DNA from: Myxococcales bacterium | GTDB taxonomy: Bacteria; Desulfobacterota; Binatia; HRBIN30 | DNA: 64,000 nt | Assembly: GCA_037445065.1 (NCBI GenBank) | Contig: JBBILD010000006.1 | Span: 164,539 to 228,538, forward strand | Direction of reading: 5' to 3' | In this document: piece after piece, positions 1-9,033 of the stretch | How the letters are laid out: each line of letters opens with the position of its first letter | Position numbering within the stretch: the stretch's first letter is position 1 | Notes under the pieces: generated by a model | Told to the model about the DNA's origin: nothing | Seen by the model: the letters and a program-made list of their open reading frames with translations, nothing else | Database searches by the model: none | Translations under genes and position numbers: made by a program

Positions 1-897
1 ATCGGTAACACCCCGGTGGTGAAGCTGCAGCGGATCGCCACCCCCGAGATGGCGGAGGTGTGGGGGAAGCTCGAATCCATGAATCCAGGCGGGAGCGTCA
101 AAGACCGCATTTGTCGGGCCATGATCGAGGCGGCCGAAAAAGATGGCCGCCTCAAACCTGGGGGAACGATCGTGGAGCCCACCAGCGGCAACACCGGGAT
201 CGGGCTTGCTTTGGTGGCCGCGGTCAAAGGGTACCGGTGCGTGCTGACCATGCCGGACACGATGAGCGAAGAACGACGCAGCTTGCTCACGGCCTACGGG
301 GCGTTTTTGGAACTAACGCCTGACAGCAAGGGCATGCACGCGGCCGTGGCTCGGGCCGAGCAGATCGCGCGCTCGCACCCCGACTTCTTTATGCCGCAGC
401 AGTTTCGCAACCCGGCCAACCCGGAGGCACATCGGCGAACGACGGCGCAAGAATTGTTGGAAGACTTTGAACGAATCGACGCCTTTGTTGCTGGGGTAGG
501 TACGGGCGGCACCATTACCGGCGTGGGGCAAGTGCTCCGGGAGCGTATGCCCGGAATCCGAATCTTCGCCGTGGAGCCGGCCGCCTCGCCGGTTTTGCGT
601 GGAGGGGAGCCAGGGTTTCATAACATCCAGGGAATTGGCGCCGGGTTCGTGCCCGAGATCCTGGATACGACGATTTACGACGAGGTCATCGAGGTTTCGG
701 ACGAAGAGGCGACCTACTTTACGCGCCGCTTGGCACAGGAAGAAGGCTTGTTATTGGGAATTTCCTCGGGTGCGAACGTGTGCGCCGCGGTCGAGGTGGC
801 GAAGAGACTCGGCCCGGGAAAAGTGGTTGTGACCATGCTGTGCGACACGGGCCAGCGTTACTTGAGCACACCCGTGTTTCAGTGCGAGGGAATTTGA
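1..897 (+). CDS. cysK: Cysteine synthase A (O-acetylserine sulfhydrylase), 5'-truncated by the window edge
   Basis: Frame is open from base 1 (IGNTPVVKL). Motifs: [14 protein letters not shown] (PLP lysine), [33 protein letters not shown]. Confidence 0.95.
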   Translation: MGNTPVVKLQRIATPEMAEVWGKLESMNPGGSVKDRICRAMIEAAEKDGRLKPGGTIVEPTSGNTGIGLALVAAVKGYRCVLTMPDTMSEERRSLLTAYGAFLELTPDSKGMHAAVARAEQIARSHPDFFMPQQFRNPANPEAHRRTTAQELLEDFERIDAFVAGVGTGGTITGVGQVLRERMPGIRIFAVEPAASPVLRGGEPGFHNIQGIGAGFVPEILDTTIYDEVIEVSDEEATYFTRRLAQEEGLLLGISSGANVCAAVEVAKRLGPGKVVVTMLCDTGQRYLSTPVFQCEGI

Positions 898-1733
898 TGA
901 TGTCCAGCGACGAAAAGCTTACACGTTTGCGTGCGATCCTCCGTGGCTGCGAGCGGCTACTGGTGGCCTTTTCGGGCGGAGTGGATTCTTCCTTTTTACT
1001 GCGGGTTGCGGCTGAGGAACTGCCCGGCCAGGTGGTTGCCCTGACCATTTCGTCACCCACCGTTCCGGCTGAGGACTACACGCTAGCGGTCGAGTTGGCG
1101 CGCATGTGGGACGTGGAGCACGTGGTGGTGGAAGCTGACGAGCTGGGCATCCCGAACTACGCCGCCAACCCAGTCAATCGCTGCTACTTCTGCAAACACC
1201 ACTTGTACGAGATCTGCGCCAAGGAGGCTGGGAAGCGCGGCATCCGCGTGATTGCCGATGGGGTGAATCGGGATGATCTGGGGGATTACCGCCCCGGACT
1301 CCAAGCCGCACAGGAAAGCGGCATTCGCCATCCCCTGGTCGAGGCGGAGCTCGGCAAGGCGGAGATTCGGGACTTGAGCCGCCGGCTCGGCCTGGCGACT
1401 TGGAACAAGCCGGCTAGTCCCTGCTTGTCGTCCCGCTTCCCTTACGGCACGCCCATTACCCACGAGGCGCTCACGCGCGTGGCTCGAGCGGAACGGCTCT
1501 TGCGCCAAGCGGGGTTTTCCGATTGCCGGGTGCGTTATCACGGAGAGATCGCCCGTATCGAAGTGCCAGTACCGGAACTGCCGCGCTTGGTCGAACCCTC
1601 CTTCCGGCAAGAGATCGTCAGCGAGTTTCAGGAGTTGGGTTTTCGCTTTGTTACGGTGGATCTGCAGGGGTTACGAAGTGGCAGCCTTAACGAGGGGATT
1701 GCTCTCGGATACGGGAGTTCTCTGAACTCGTAG
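897..1733 (+). CDS. larE: LarE-family ATP-dependent sulfur transferase (PP-loop)
   Basis: SGGVDS PP-loop, RCYFCK, DDLGDYRPG, SPCLSSRFPYG, RVRYHG. ATG at 897 overlaps the cysK TGA. Confidence 0.88.
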   Translation: MMSSDEKLTRLRAILRGCERLLVAFSGGVDSSFLLRVAAEELPGQVVALTISSPTVPAEDYTLAVELARMWDVEHVVVEADELGIPNYAANPVNRCYFCKHHLYEICAKEAGKRGIRVIADGVNRDDLGDYRPGLQAAQESGIRHPLVEAELGKAEIRDLSRRLGLATWNKPASPCLSSRFPYGTPITHEALTRVARAERLLRQAGFSDCRVRYHGEIARIEVPVPELPRLVEPSFRQEIVSEFQELGFRFVTVDLQGLRSGSLNEGIALGYGSSLNS

Positions 1734-2424
1734 AACCAGCTCGGCTTCGTGCCGCGTACCACTCAGCCCAATCCCAATCGTCCGGCCGGGTAAGCTTTCG
1801 GTTGGTCTCTTCCCCGGGGACCACGTGCACGGGGAACCCGGCTGCTTCTAGCAGTTGAGCCTCGTCGGTGGCTTGGAGCCCGCAAGTTTGGGCATGAGCA
1901 ATCGCTGTCACGAGCCAGTCCCGGCGGCTTACCTGTGGGGTTTGCGCGTGCCAGAGACAGCTCCGGTCTACGGTATGATGGATGACGCCTGCCTCTACCC
2001 ACTTGATGGTATCCGTGACCGGGATGGCGAGAATGGCGCTCCCATGCGATCGGGCGCCCCGAACACACGCCTCCACCGCCGCCCGGGTCACGAACGGGCG
2101 CGCCGCATCATGGACCAGAACCAGCTCATTGCTGGGATCGCTAGCGGCCAAGCCAGCGGCGACCGAATCGGCCCGCTCGGCACCGCCTGCAACCACTCGC
2201 AGGCGAGGCTGTTCCTGTGAATGCCCTTCCAACGCTGCCAGAAACGAATCAAGCGCATCACCCGGCGCGACAATGACGATTTCCGTGATGCCCGAAACTT
2301 GCTGAAGGGTTACCAAAGAATGCAAGAACAGGGGCTTGCCACCGAGCGGACGGAGAGCCTTGGGCAAGCCTCCGCCCATCCGCATTCCGCGGCCGGCGGC
2401 GGCCAAGATGGCTGAAAGCGGCAC
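1687..2424 (-). CDS. ispD: 2-C-methyl-D-erythritol 4-phosphate cytidylyltransferase
   Basis: AAGRGMRMG..PK, GGAERADSV, VHDAARPFV, AQTPQ, ATDEA, NRKLTRPDD. Follows carD. Confidence 0.93.
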   Translation of the reverse strand: MPLSAILAAAGRGMRMGGGLPKALRPLGGKPLFLHSLVTLQQVSGITEIVIVAPGDALDSFLAALEGHSQEQPRLRVVAGGAERADSVAAGLAASDPSNELVLVHDAARPFVTRAAVEACVRGARSHGSAILAIPVTDTIKWVEAGVIHHTVDRSCLWHAQTPQVSRRDWLVTAIAHAQTCGLQATDEAQLLEAAGFPVHVVPGEETNRKLTRPDDWDWAEWYAARSRAGSTSSENSRIREQSPR

Positions 2425-2469
2425 GGAACTCGGCCTGCGCTCAAGAACTCAAATCCTCGGGTGCCGGGC

Positions 2470-2958
2470 TCACTGGGCGAAAATCTGGTTTAATTCTTCG
2501 AGCACTTTCTCTTCGGGGTGCGACTTGGCAATCGAGATTTCTTTGACGAGAAGGTTCCGCGCTAAGTCCAGCATTTTTCGTTCCCCGAAGGAAAGCTCTT
2601 TGTCGCTGCGCAAGATGCTCAAATCGCGCAGGACCGTAGCAATTTCGAGCACGGATCCTGTTTTGATCTTCTCTGTGTACTCGCGGTAGCGCCGATTCCA
2701 AGTCTGCTGATCCATGGGCTTCTTTACTTTCCGCTCCCGCAGAATCTTGTAAATCTTATTGACCATGTCTTTGCCGATCACTCGGCGCAGGCCCACCGCT
2801 TCGACACTGTCGGTCGGGATCATGATGGTCATTTGGTTGTCCAAGATGCGGAGCATGTAAAACGTCTTTTGCGTGCCTTGGATCACCCGAGTTTCGATGC
2901 TTTCGATGACCCCAACCCCGTGAGCCGGGTAGACGACCTTTTCGCCGACTTTGAACAT
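2470..2958 (-). CDS. carD: CarD/CdnL-family RNA polymerase-binding regulator
   Basis: MFKVGEKVVYPAHGVG, WNRRYREY, LSFGERKML. Confidence 0.95.
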   Translation of the reverse strand: MFKVGEKVVYPAHGVGVIESIETRVIQGTQKTFYMLRILDNQMTIMIPTDSVEAVGLRRVIGKDMVNKIYKILRERKVKKPMDQQTWNRRYREYTEKIKTGSVLEIATVLRDLSILRSDKELSFGERKMLDLARNLLVKEISIAKSHPEEKVLEELNQIFAQ

Positions 2959-3234
2959 CGCCTGCTCCTCCCCTGGCCCAATGAGCCGCGGATTGACGAG
3001 TTGGTCTTCTTAAGTACCTATAAATCCAGCTTTTTGCAACTCGGGCGCGTTTTTTGCGGCGGCCCGCCGGCGTTGCAGCGAGCGCTCGGTGCACAAGCTT
3101 TCCCAGCTTTCCAGCCGAATTCTCGACCGCCGGCGCTGTTTTGGTTGCGCAGGGAGAATCTCTGGCTCGATAGGTTGAGCCCCCCACTGAATCGTAGTAG
3201 AGGCGACCCAGTTCAGGCGGAGGGAGCCGACGGT

Positions 3235-5583
3235 ATGGAGCGGTACATTCGTTTCATTGTGGCTCAGCGGCGTTGGGTCATTGCGGGGACGGTGCTGGTG
3301 ACGGTTGCTGCCATTGCCCAGTTCCGTCACCTCCACCTCGAGATCCGCCGGCGAGCCAATCTTCCTGACCACCACCCGTACGTACAGGTGCAAAACAAGA
3401 TCACTGATATCTTCGGGGGCGAAGGGGTGGTGATCATCGGCGCTGCTGCTACCCGGGGCACAATTTACACGCCAGAGTTTCTGGGCAAAGTTTTTCGGGT
3501 TTGCGATCGGCTGGCGCGGACTGAAGGCGTAATTCCGACGAACCTGTTTTGCATGGGTGCCCCGGTGGTGAAAACGATTCAGTCCACCGGCGACGACATG
3601 GAAGTGCGCCCCCTGATGGAGCGTGCCCCTGGCAACCAGGCCGAGGTAGACGAGGTACGCCGCCGCATCGAGGCCGATCCTCTCTTGCGGGAGAATCTGG
3701 TGTCCAAGGACGGTACCGCCACCGTGCTGGTGGTGGAGTTCGACGACAAACTCAACGAACAACAAATCTTCGCCAAAGTCCAAGAAATCGTGGCCCCTGA
3801 ACGGGATGACACTGTTCGCTTCGCGCTTGCTGGGGCGCCAGTGCTGCGCGCGTGGCTTGCTAAGTACACGCGCTTGATTGGCGTTCTCTTGCCAGCGGCA
3901 GTGGTGGTGATCGGGCTTGTCCATTTCGAAGCGTTCCGCACGCTCCAGGGCATGATCCTGCCCTTGGTCACCGCCATTTTGAGCGTGGTGTGGGCGCTCG
4001 GGATCATGGGGCTGAGCGGGCAACCCATGGACACCTGGAGCGCCATGACTCCGGTAGTCATCCTGGCCGTGGCAGCGGGGCACGCGGTGCAAATCCTCAA
4101 ACGATATTACGAGGAGTTTGCCATTGTGCGGGATAGCCACGAGGCGATTGTCCGCTCGATCGTGGCAGTGGGTCCCGTGATGATGGTGGCTAGCGTGATC
4201 GCCGCCGCGGGCTTTGCCTCCCTCACGACGTTCGGGATCACCAGCGTGCGGGTTTTTGGCCTGCTTATGGCGAGCGGCATTCTCAGCGCCTTGGTGATCG
4301 AGCTGACCTTCACCCCAGCGTGCCGCGCCATGCTGCCGGCCCCAAAGCTCAGAGAAACGGCGAGAGAACAGTCGCACGGTTGGCTGGATCGTTTGCTTGA
4401 AGCTCTAGCCCGCCTGGTGTCGCAGCGGCCGCGGGCGGTACTGGGCACGGCGGCCGTGGTGTTCCTCGTTGCCCTGCTCGGGACCACGCGGATCCGAGTG
4501 GACAACAGCTTCCGCTACTGGTTTGCGCCCTCGACCCAAGTACGGCTCGACGACGCCTTTCTCAACGAGAAGTTGCCAGGCACGGCTTCGCTGCGCATTC
4601 TGATCGAAGGTAAGGAAGAGAACGTCCTGCAGCGTCCCGACGTGCTGCGAGCCATGGACGATCTGGAAGCCTTTTTGGCAGCCGACCCGCACCTGGGCGC
4701 AATTAATTCGATCGTAGGGCGCGTCAAGCGCATGCATCAAGCGATGCATGGCGATGACCTGGCTGCGTACACAATCCCGGACAATCCGCGCCTCATCAGC
4801 CAGTACCTGCTGCTCTACAGCATGTCCGCCGGCCCGGACAGCTTGAGCGCCTTTGTGGATGCGAATTACCAGCGGGCAGTGATTCGCGCCTTGAGCAAAA
4901 CCGACACAGCCGCTTACTCGCGCGAATTGATTGCCAGGTTGCGCGCTTTTGTCGAGCAACGCTTCCGTGGCCTTCCAGTCGAGGTGGGTTTGGTGGGCGG
5001 TACGCTCGGCGTGCAGACGGCGATGAACGACGTGGTTGTGCACGACAAGATCGTCAATATGATCCAGATCGCGGTCATCATTTTTGTCCTGGCCAGTGTC
5101 GTACTTCGCTCGCTGGTGGGTGGCGCAATCGTGTTGCTCCCGCTCACCCTCGCGGTGACCTTCAACCTGGGTCTGATGGGATGGTCGCAGATCTGGCTCG
5201 ACATGACCACCGCGGCCATCACCGCCATGGGCGTGAGCATTGGAGCAGACTTCGCCATCTACCTCATTTTCCGCATTCGCGAGGAGATGCGCCGGCGCGG
5301 GGATTTTCAGGAGGCGGTTCGCGCGGCTCTGCGCACCTCGGGTAAGGCGATTTTCTTCGTGTCGTCGGCTGTGGCCTTGGGATACATGGTGCTGCCGCTT
5401 TCTGGCTTCAGCCTGTGGATTCGCTTGGGGGCACTCACGGCGCTGATCGTATCGGTGAGCGCGCTGGCCGCGGTCACGATCCTTCCCGCCATCGCGTTGC
5501 TCGGTCGACCGCGGTTTCTCGTGGCCCGGGGTGGCGGGGAGGCGGTGGTGACGGAGCCGAAACAGATCGCCGTCCCCAGTTGA
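3235..5583 (+). CDS. MMPL/RND-family lipid exporter
   Basis: Duplicated architecture of a soluble loop plus about 6 TM helices, GIGADF-like motif (SIGADFAIY), GKAIFF. ATG 3235 follows GGAGGGAG; the upstream ORF extension overlaps carD and is rejected. Confidence 0.85.
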   Translation: MERYIRFIVAQRRWVIAGTVLVTVAAIAQFRHLHLEIRRRANLPDHHPYVQVQNKITDIFGGEGVVIIGAAATRGTIYTPEFLGKVFRVCDRLARTEGVIPTNLFCMGAPVVKTIQSTGDDMEVRPLMERAPGNQAEVDEVRRRIEADPLLRENLVSKDGTATVLVVEFDDKLNEQQIFAKVQEIVAPERDDTVRFALAGAPVLRAWLAKYTRLIGVLLPAAVVVIGLVHFEAFRTLQGMILPLVTAILSVVWALGIMGLSGQPMDTWSAMTPVVILAVAAGHAVQILKRYYEEFAIVRDSHEAIVRSIVAVGPVMMVASVIAAAGFASLTTFGITSVRVFGLLMASGILSALVIELTFTPACRAMLPAPKLRETAREQSHGWLDRLLEALARLVSQRPRAVLGTAAVVFLVALLGTTRIRVDNSFRYWFAPSTQVRLDDAFLNEKLPGTASLRILIEGKEENVLQRPDVLRAMDDLEAFLAADPHLGAINSIVGRVKRMHQAMHGDDLAAYTIPDNPRLISQYLLLYSMSAGPDSLSAFVDANYQRAVIRALSKTDTAAYSRELIARLRAFVEQRFRGLPVEVGLVGGTLGVQTAMNDVVVHDKIVNMIQIAVIIFVLASVVLRSLVGGAIVLLPLTLAVTFNLGLMGWSQIWLDMTTAAITAMGVSIGADFAIYLIFRIREEMRRRGDFQEAVRAALRTSGKAIFFVSSAVALGYMVLPLSGFSLWIRLGALTALIVSVSALAAVTILPAIALLGRPRFLVARGGGEAVVTEPKQIAVPS

Positions 5584-5723
5584 GTCGTTGGCTTCTACAT
5601 GGGCTTGTGCCCAATGGGTGCCAGGAACGGTACCCGTTTGCGCTGTTTGCCTCAGGCTCCGCGGCTTGACTCACTGCTGCCAGCGCGGAACGATGCGTGA
5701 CACGCGTCAGCTTGGAGGTAGCG

Positions 5724-6668
5724 ATGCAAGAGCAGGCACACCACGACTATTTGCACCCGAACACGGGCGAGCCGAACTTCAATGAGAGCATGTACTTCAA
5801 CTTTTACGACCGCCGCTCACGGTGGGGAGGCTTCGCCCGGATTGGCAATCGTCCCAACGAAGGATACGCCGAGGTGACCCTTGCCCTGTACCGCCCGGAT
5901 GGAACGGCACTATTCAACTACAAGCGCCCGGAGATCGCCGACAACCGTGCCCTTGCTGCTGGAGGCATGGAGTTTTCCATTCTCGAGCCTGGACGCCACT
6001 TGCGCGTGCGGTATCGAGGGAATGCAGTCTACCTGGCGCAACCGCGAGAGCTCGAGGACCCTCGTCGGGCTTTCACCGTGAATCCATATCGTTCTGTGGA
6101 ACTCGACCTCGATTTTTACGGCCTGAGCCCCATGTACGGAGGTGAAACTGAGGCACAAAGCGAGGCTCTGGTCTTCGCGCGCGGCCACACCGAGCAGCAC
6201 GTTCGCGCCAGCGGTACTCTCACCGTAGAGGGCGAAACCGTGCCGATTTCTGGGCTCGGCCTGCGGGATCATTCCTGGGGACCGCGTTCTTGGCAGTCTC
6301 CCGCGTTTTACCGCTGGCTCACATGCCAATTCGACGAGTCCTTCGGCTTCATGGGTTCCCACATCCACTTACAAAACGGCGCCGATCTTATGTCCGGGTT
6401 TGTGTACCGGGAAGGGAAGAACGACTTGGTCCATGCCCTTCGCATCGACACGGAGTGGGAAGAAGGTGCTCCCTACCAGAAAGCTTTGAGGGTGGAACTG
6501 CATACCGGGAGCGGCAAACTGCAGGTGAGTGGCGAGGTGTTGAGCATGTTGCCCCTGCGCAATCGGCGCGAAGGGAAAGTGACGAGAATCGCCGAGGGAC
6601 TCACGCGGTGGCGTTGCGGATCGCAAGAAGGCTACGGCTGGGCCGAGTACCTGGACCAGATAGGCTAG
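5724..6668 (+). CDS. Conserved protein of the AttH/CrtC/tocopherol-cyclase-like beta-barrel superfamily
   Basis: NESMYFNFYD, GLRDHSWGPRSW, C-terminal GYGWAEYL. GGAGG RBS before ATG 5724. Confidence 0.6.
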   Translation: MQEQAHHDYLHPNTGEPNFNESMYFNFYDRRSRWGGFARIGNRPNEGYAEVTLALYRPDGTALFNYKRPEIADNRALAAGGMEFSILEPGRHLRVRYRGNAVYLAQPRELEDPRRAFTVNPYRSVELDLDFYGLSPMYGGETEAQSEALVFARGHTEQHVRASGTLTVEGETVPISGLGLRDHSWGPRSWQSPAFYRWLTCQFDESFGFMGSHIHLQNGADLMSGFVYREGKNDLVHALRIDTEWEEGAPYQKALRVELHTGSGKLQVSGEVLSMLPLRNRREGKVTRIAEGLTRWRCGSQEGYGWAEYLDQIG

Positions 6669-6772
6669 CCTTCGCTCCGCGGAGCCGAACCCCTTTCTCC
6701 CGACCAAGAGGCGCGCTACGTTTGAGGCGCGTGTCTGCTTCGTTGATCGAGGCAAATGGTTCTTTGAGTTGT

Positions 6773-7118
6773 GGGGGCGATCTGGTTTCGACGGAGGTGA
6801 GAAGGTACGTGGTTGCGTGCCCGGGAGCCTGGGTACCGGTGAACAACCCCAGGGCTGCATAAACGCAGACGAACCGCTTGCTCTGGCTGCCTAAAGCGCA
6901 GTCACGTCTCCCCGACTCGAGCCCGTAGGGTCGGGTGAGGCGTCGCAAATCGGGCTAAGCGGTGGTGGCTGCTCGGACACCACCGACGAAAACGTACGAG
7001 CTGGCACTTGGATTCCCCGCCCGTGGGGCCGCCAAGTGCGAGAATCAAACGCGTGGCTACGCACGTAGAGACCACGGCTGACTGCCTCCGGACGGGGGTT
7101 CGATTCCCCCCGCCTCCA
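6773..7118 (+). ncRNA. ssrA: tmRNA; tag reading frame 6865-6894 encodes (A)ADEPLALAA*
   Basis: 5' GGGGGCGA..GGTTTCGAC pairs with the 3' T-arm and acceptor GACGGGGGTTCGATTCCCCCCGCCTCCA (G3.U alanyl pair). TAAAC-GCA resume context and an ALAA-ending tag. CCA is not encoded. Confidence 0.96.
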
Positions 7119-7287
7119 CTTTCTTCACGGCCGCCCGCGATTGCCGTTCCACTTGCGCAGCGGGCGGCCGCTGTTTTTCGAGGACTTCGGGAAACCGCTT
7201 CTCTGGACGGGCGGCGCGGAAACATGTGGTCTGGACGCGACCGCGGCGGCCATGTGGACGCTGTGACAGTAGAGGGCGCAGCTCAGC

Positions 7288-8151
7288 TTACTGTGTCGCA
7301 GCGACTTGGCTCACGGTCTTCGCTAGGTCCGCTCGGGCTGCCTCCATTCCTTGACGGAGTGCCGCGAAGTGCCAGGCAAAGAAGGAATAGGGGTCCACGC
7401 CTGGTTCTTGCAGGACGGGCACCGAAAAGCGCGTACCGTTGTGGGTAGAGGCAACCAACTCCTCGTCGGTCGTCCTGGCGATGCGCAAGATCGTGTTGTC
7501 CAAGTCGTACTGCCAGAGGGTCTGGTCCGACTGGCGGTCCCGCAATGTCAGCGTTGCCTTGACGACGGCCCCGGTTGTGCCGCAGTAAACAGGGTTCATG
7601 AAGGCGTGCAGCGCGTACACGGCCGGGCCCAGCATATACGTGGTCCGCGTCATGAACAGGGTGGAATCGTGCAGCACTCCGGTCAGCTCGTACCGAATGT
7701 GGTCGAGGGCAGGTGCTTCGTCTTCGAACAACACGAAATCCGCAATGCCGCTAGCGCGCAGGTCTTTCGCCACGGCCCGCGCCAGGCTGCGCGCCAGAGT
7801 GTAGCCCGTACTGGCGGCGGTGCTCTCAGCGGAAGCGGTTGCGCCCAAGGTTCTGTCTGCCTGTTGGCGGGCTTGCATCTCGCTCAGGATTTCATCCAGC
7901 CGTTCGTACTTGGCCGAGGCTACGGGCAAAAGCGGAATCCAAGTCACGGCATGGAAAAAGCGACTCACCTCGCTTTTGCGAGGCGGTCGCTGGTCCACCC
8001 AGGCCCACACCACAAGCCCGCCCCGGAGCAGTGGCTCCGTCGCCACTGGTGGCGGGGGGACATAGCCTGTACCCAAATTGCCCGTACTCGCGCACCCGAG
8101 TAGCCCAGCGACACCCAAACTAACGAGCCCGAAACGCTTGCGTCGCCTCAT
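7288..8151 (-). CDS. Hypothetical lipoprotein
   Basis: MRRRKR plus a hydrophobic stretch and lipobox LLGC. Strong AAAGGAGG RBS before ATG 8151. Confidence 0.7.
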   Translation of the reverse strand: MRRRKRFGLVSLGVAGLLGCASTGNLGTGYVPPPPVATEPLLRGGLVVWAWVDQRPPRKSEVSRFFHAVTWIPLLPVASAKYERLDEILSEMQARQQADRTLGATASAESTAASTGYTLARSLARAVAKDLRASGIADFVLFEDEAPALDHIRYELTGVLHDSTLFMTRTTYMLGPAVYALHAFMNPVYCGTTGAVVKATLTLRDRQSDQTLWQYDLDNTILRIARTTDEELVASTHNGTRFSVPVLQEPGVDPYSFFAWHFAALRQGMEAARADLAKTVSQVAATQ

Positions 8152-9033
8152 CGGAACCCCTCCTTTCTTTTTGAAAAGAACGGCTTTGCTCTTCGACAAC
8201 GTAGCCGTTTGGGATGCGGTGGCAGCCAGGAATACAGAGCTCGGAATTCTGCCCTTATTTGCTGTGACAGCAATTCATGGTAAGTTTGGATTCCAGATCG
8301 GGGCATTGATTGCAAGAAGTCGGAAGAAAAAATTTTCTATCGAACTGTCGGGCGGGCCCCCAAGGACGCACCAGAGAGTCGCGAGTGTTTCTGATGGTGC
8401 GCCCGCAGCATTTCGAGCAGCAGCCGGCCCGAGTCTGCGCCTCTCAAGATCGGAAGAGCGAGGCAAGGCTGAGGAAAAGACCGAAGGGATCTCCCAGAGC
8501 GCGCTTTGAGGCGAGACCATCGGTAGTGAGCGGATGAGCTTTGTGCTCGGGCCAGGCTTGCTAGGGCCGCGACCGCCGAGCACGGAGTGGCGCGCCGCGT
8601 TTGTCCTGCTCTTCAACTTGGCTCGCTGCTGGGTGCTTTAGCAGAGCGAAACCTCCACGAAGTAGCGACCGCTTCTGTGGCGAAATGTTGTCTGCTGATT
8701 TGGGAGCGCATCCGTTTGGGATCTTCGGAAAGTTCCCGCCCTGATCCAGCGCGGGCCTTGGCGCCGTGCGTTCCAGAATGGTGGTCAGACCGGCGAGACG
8801 CTGGGCACCCGCATGTTAAGGCGGCGCTTGTCCGTGTGACTTCGAGCCCCGCCGCTACTGGTCCTCGATCAGCCACTGCCTTGGCAGCGTAGCCTGGTCC
8901 CGTGCCGCCAATCGCTCCGTGTACCGTAAAAAAACTTTCTCGATTCGTTGACCTCGTTTGCCGGGATCGGGTAGGGCGCCAAAGCAGTAGCCCGGGAGGG
9001 TCGAATCATGCTTGACCGTGCTGTGCTTTTGGC

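Noticed and set aside
3010..4377. Long antisense ORFs (e.g. 3010-4377, 24307-25314, 42080-43036, 55011-55937)
   Set aside because: Shadow frames of well-supported genes on the opposite strand.
8200..9030. Coding or mobile-element content in the 830-nt gap
   Set aside because: Only short motif-less ORFs; the locally AT-richer part is consistent with divergent promoters.
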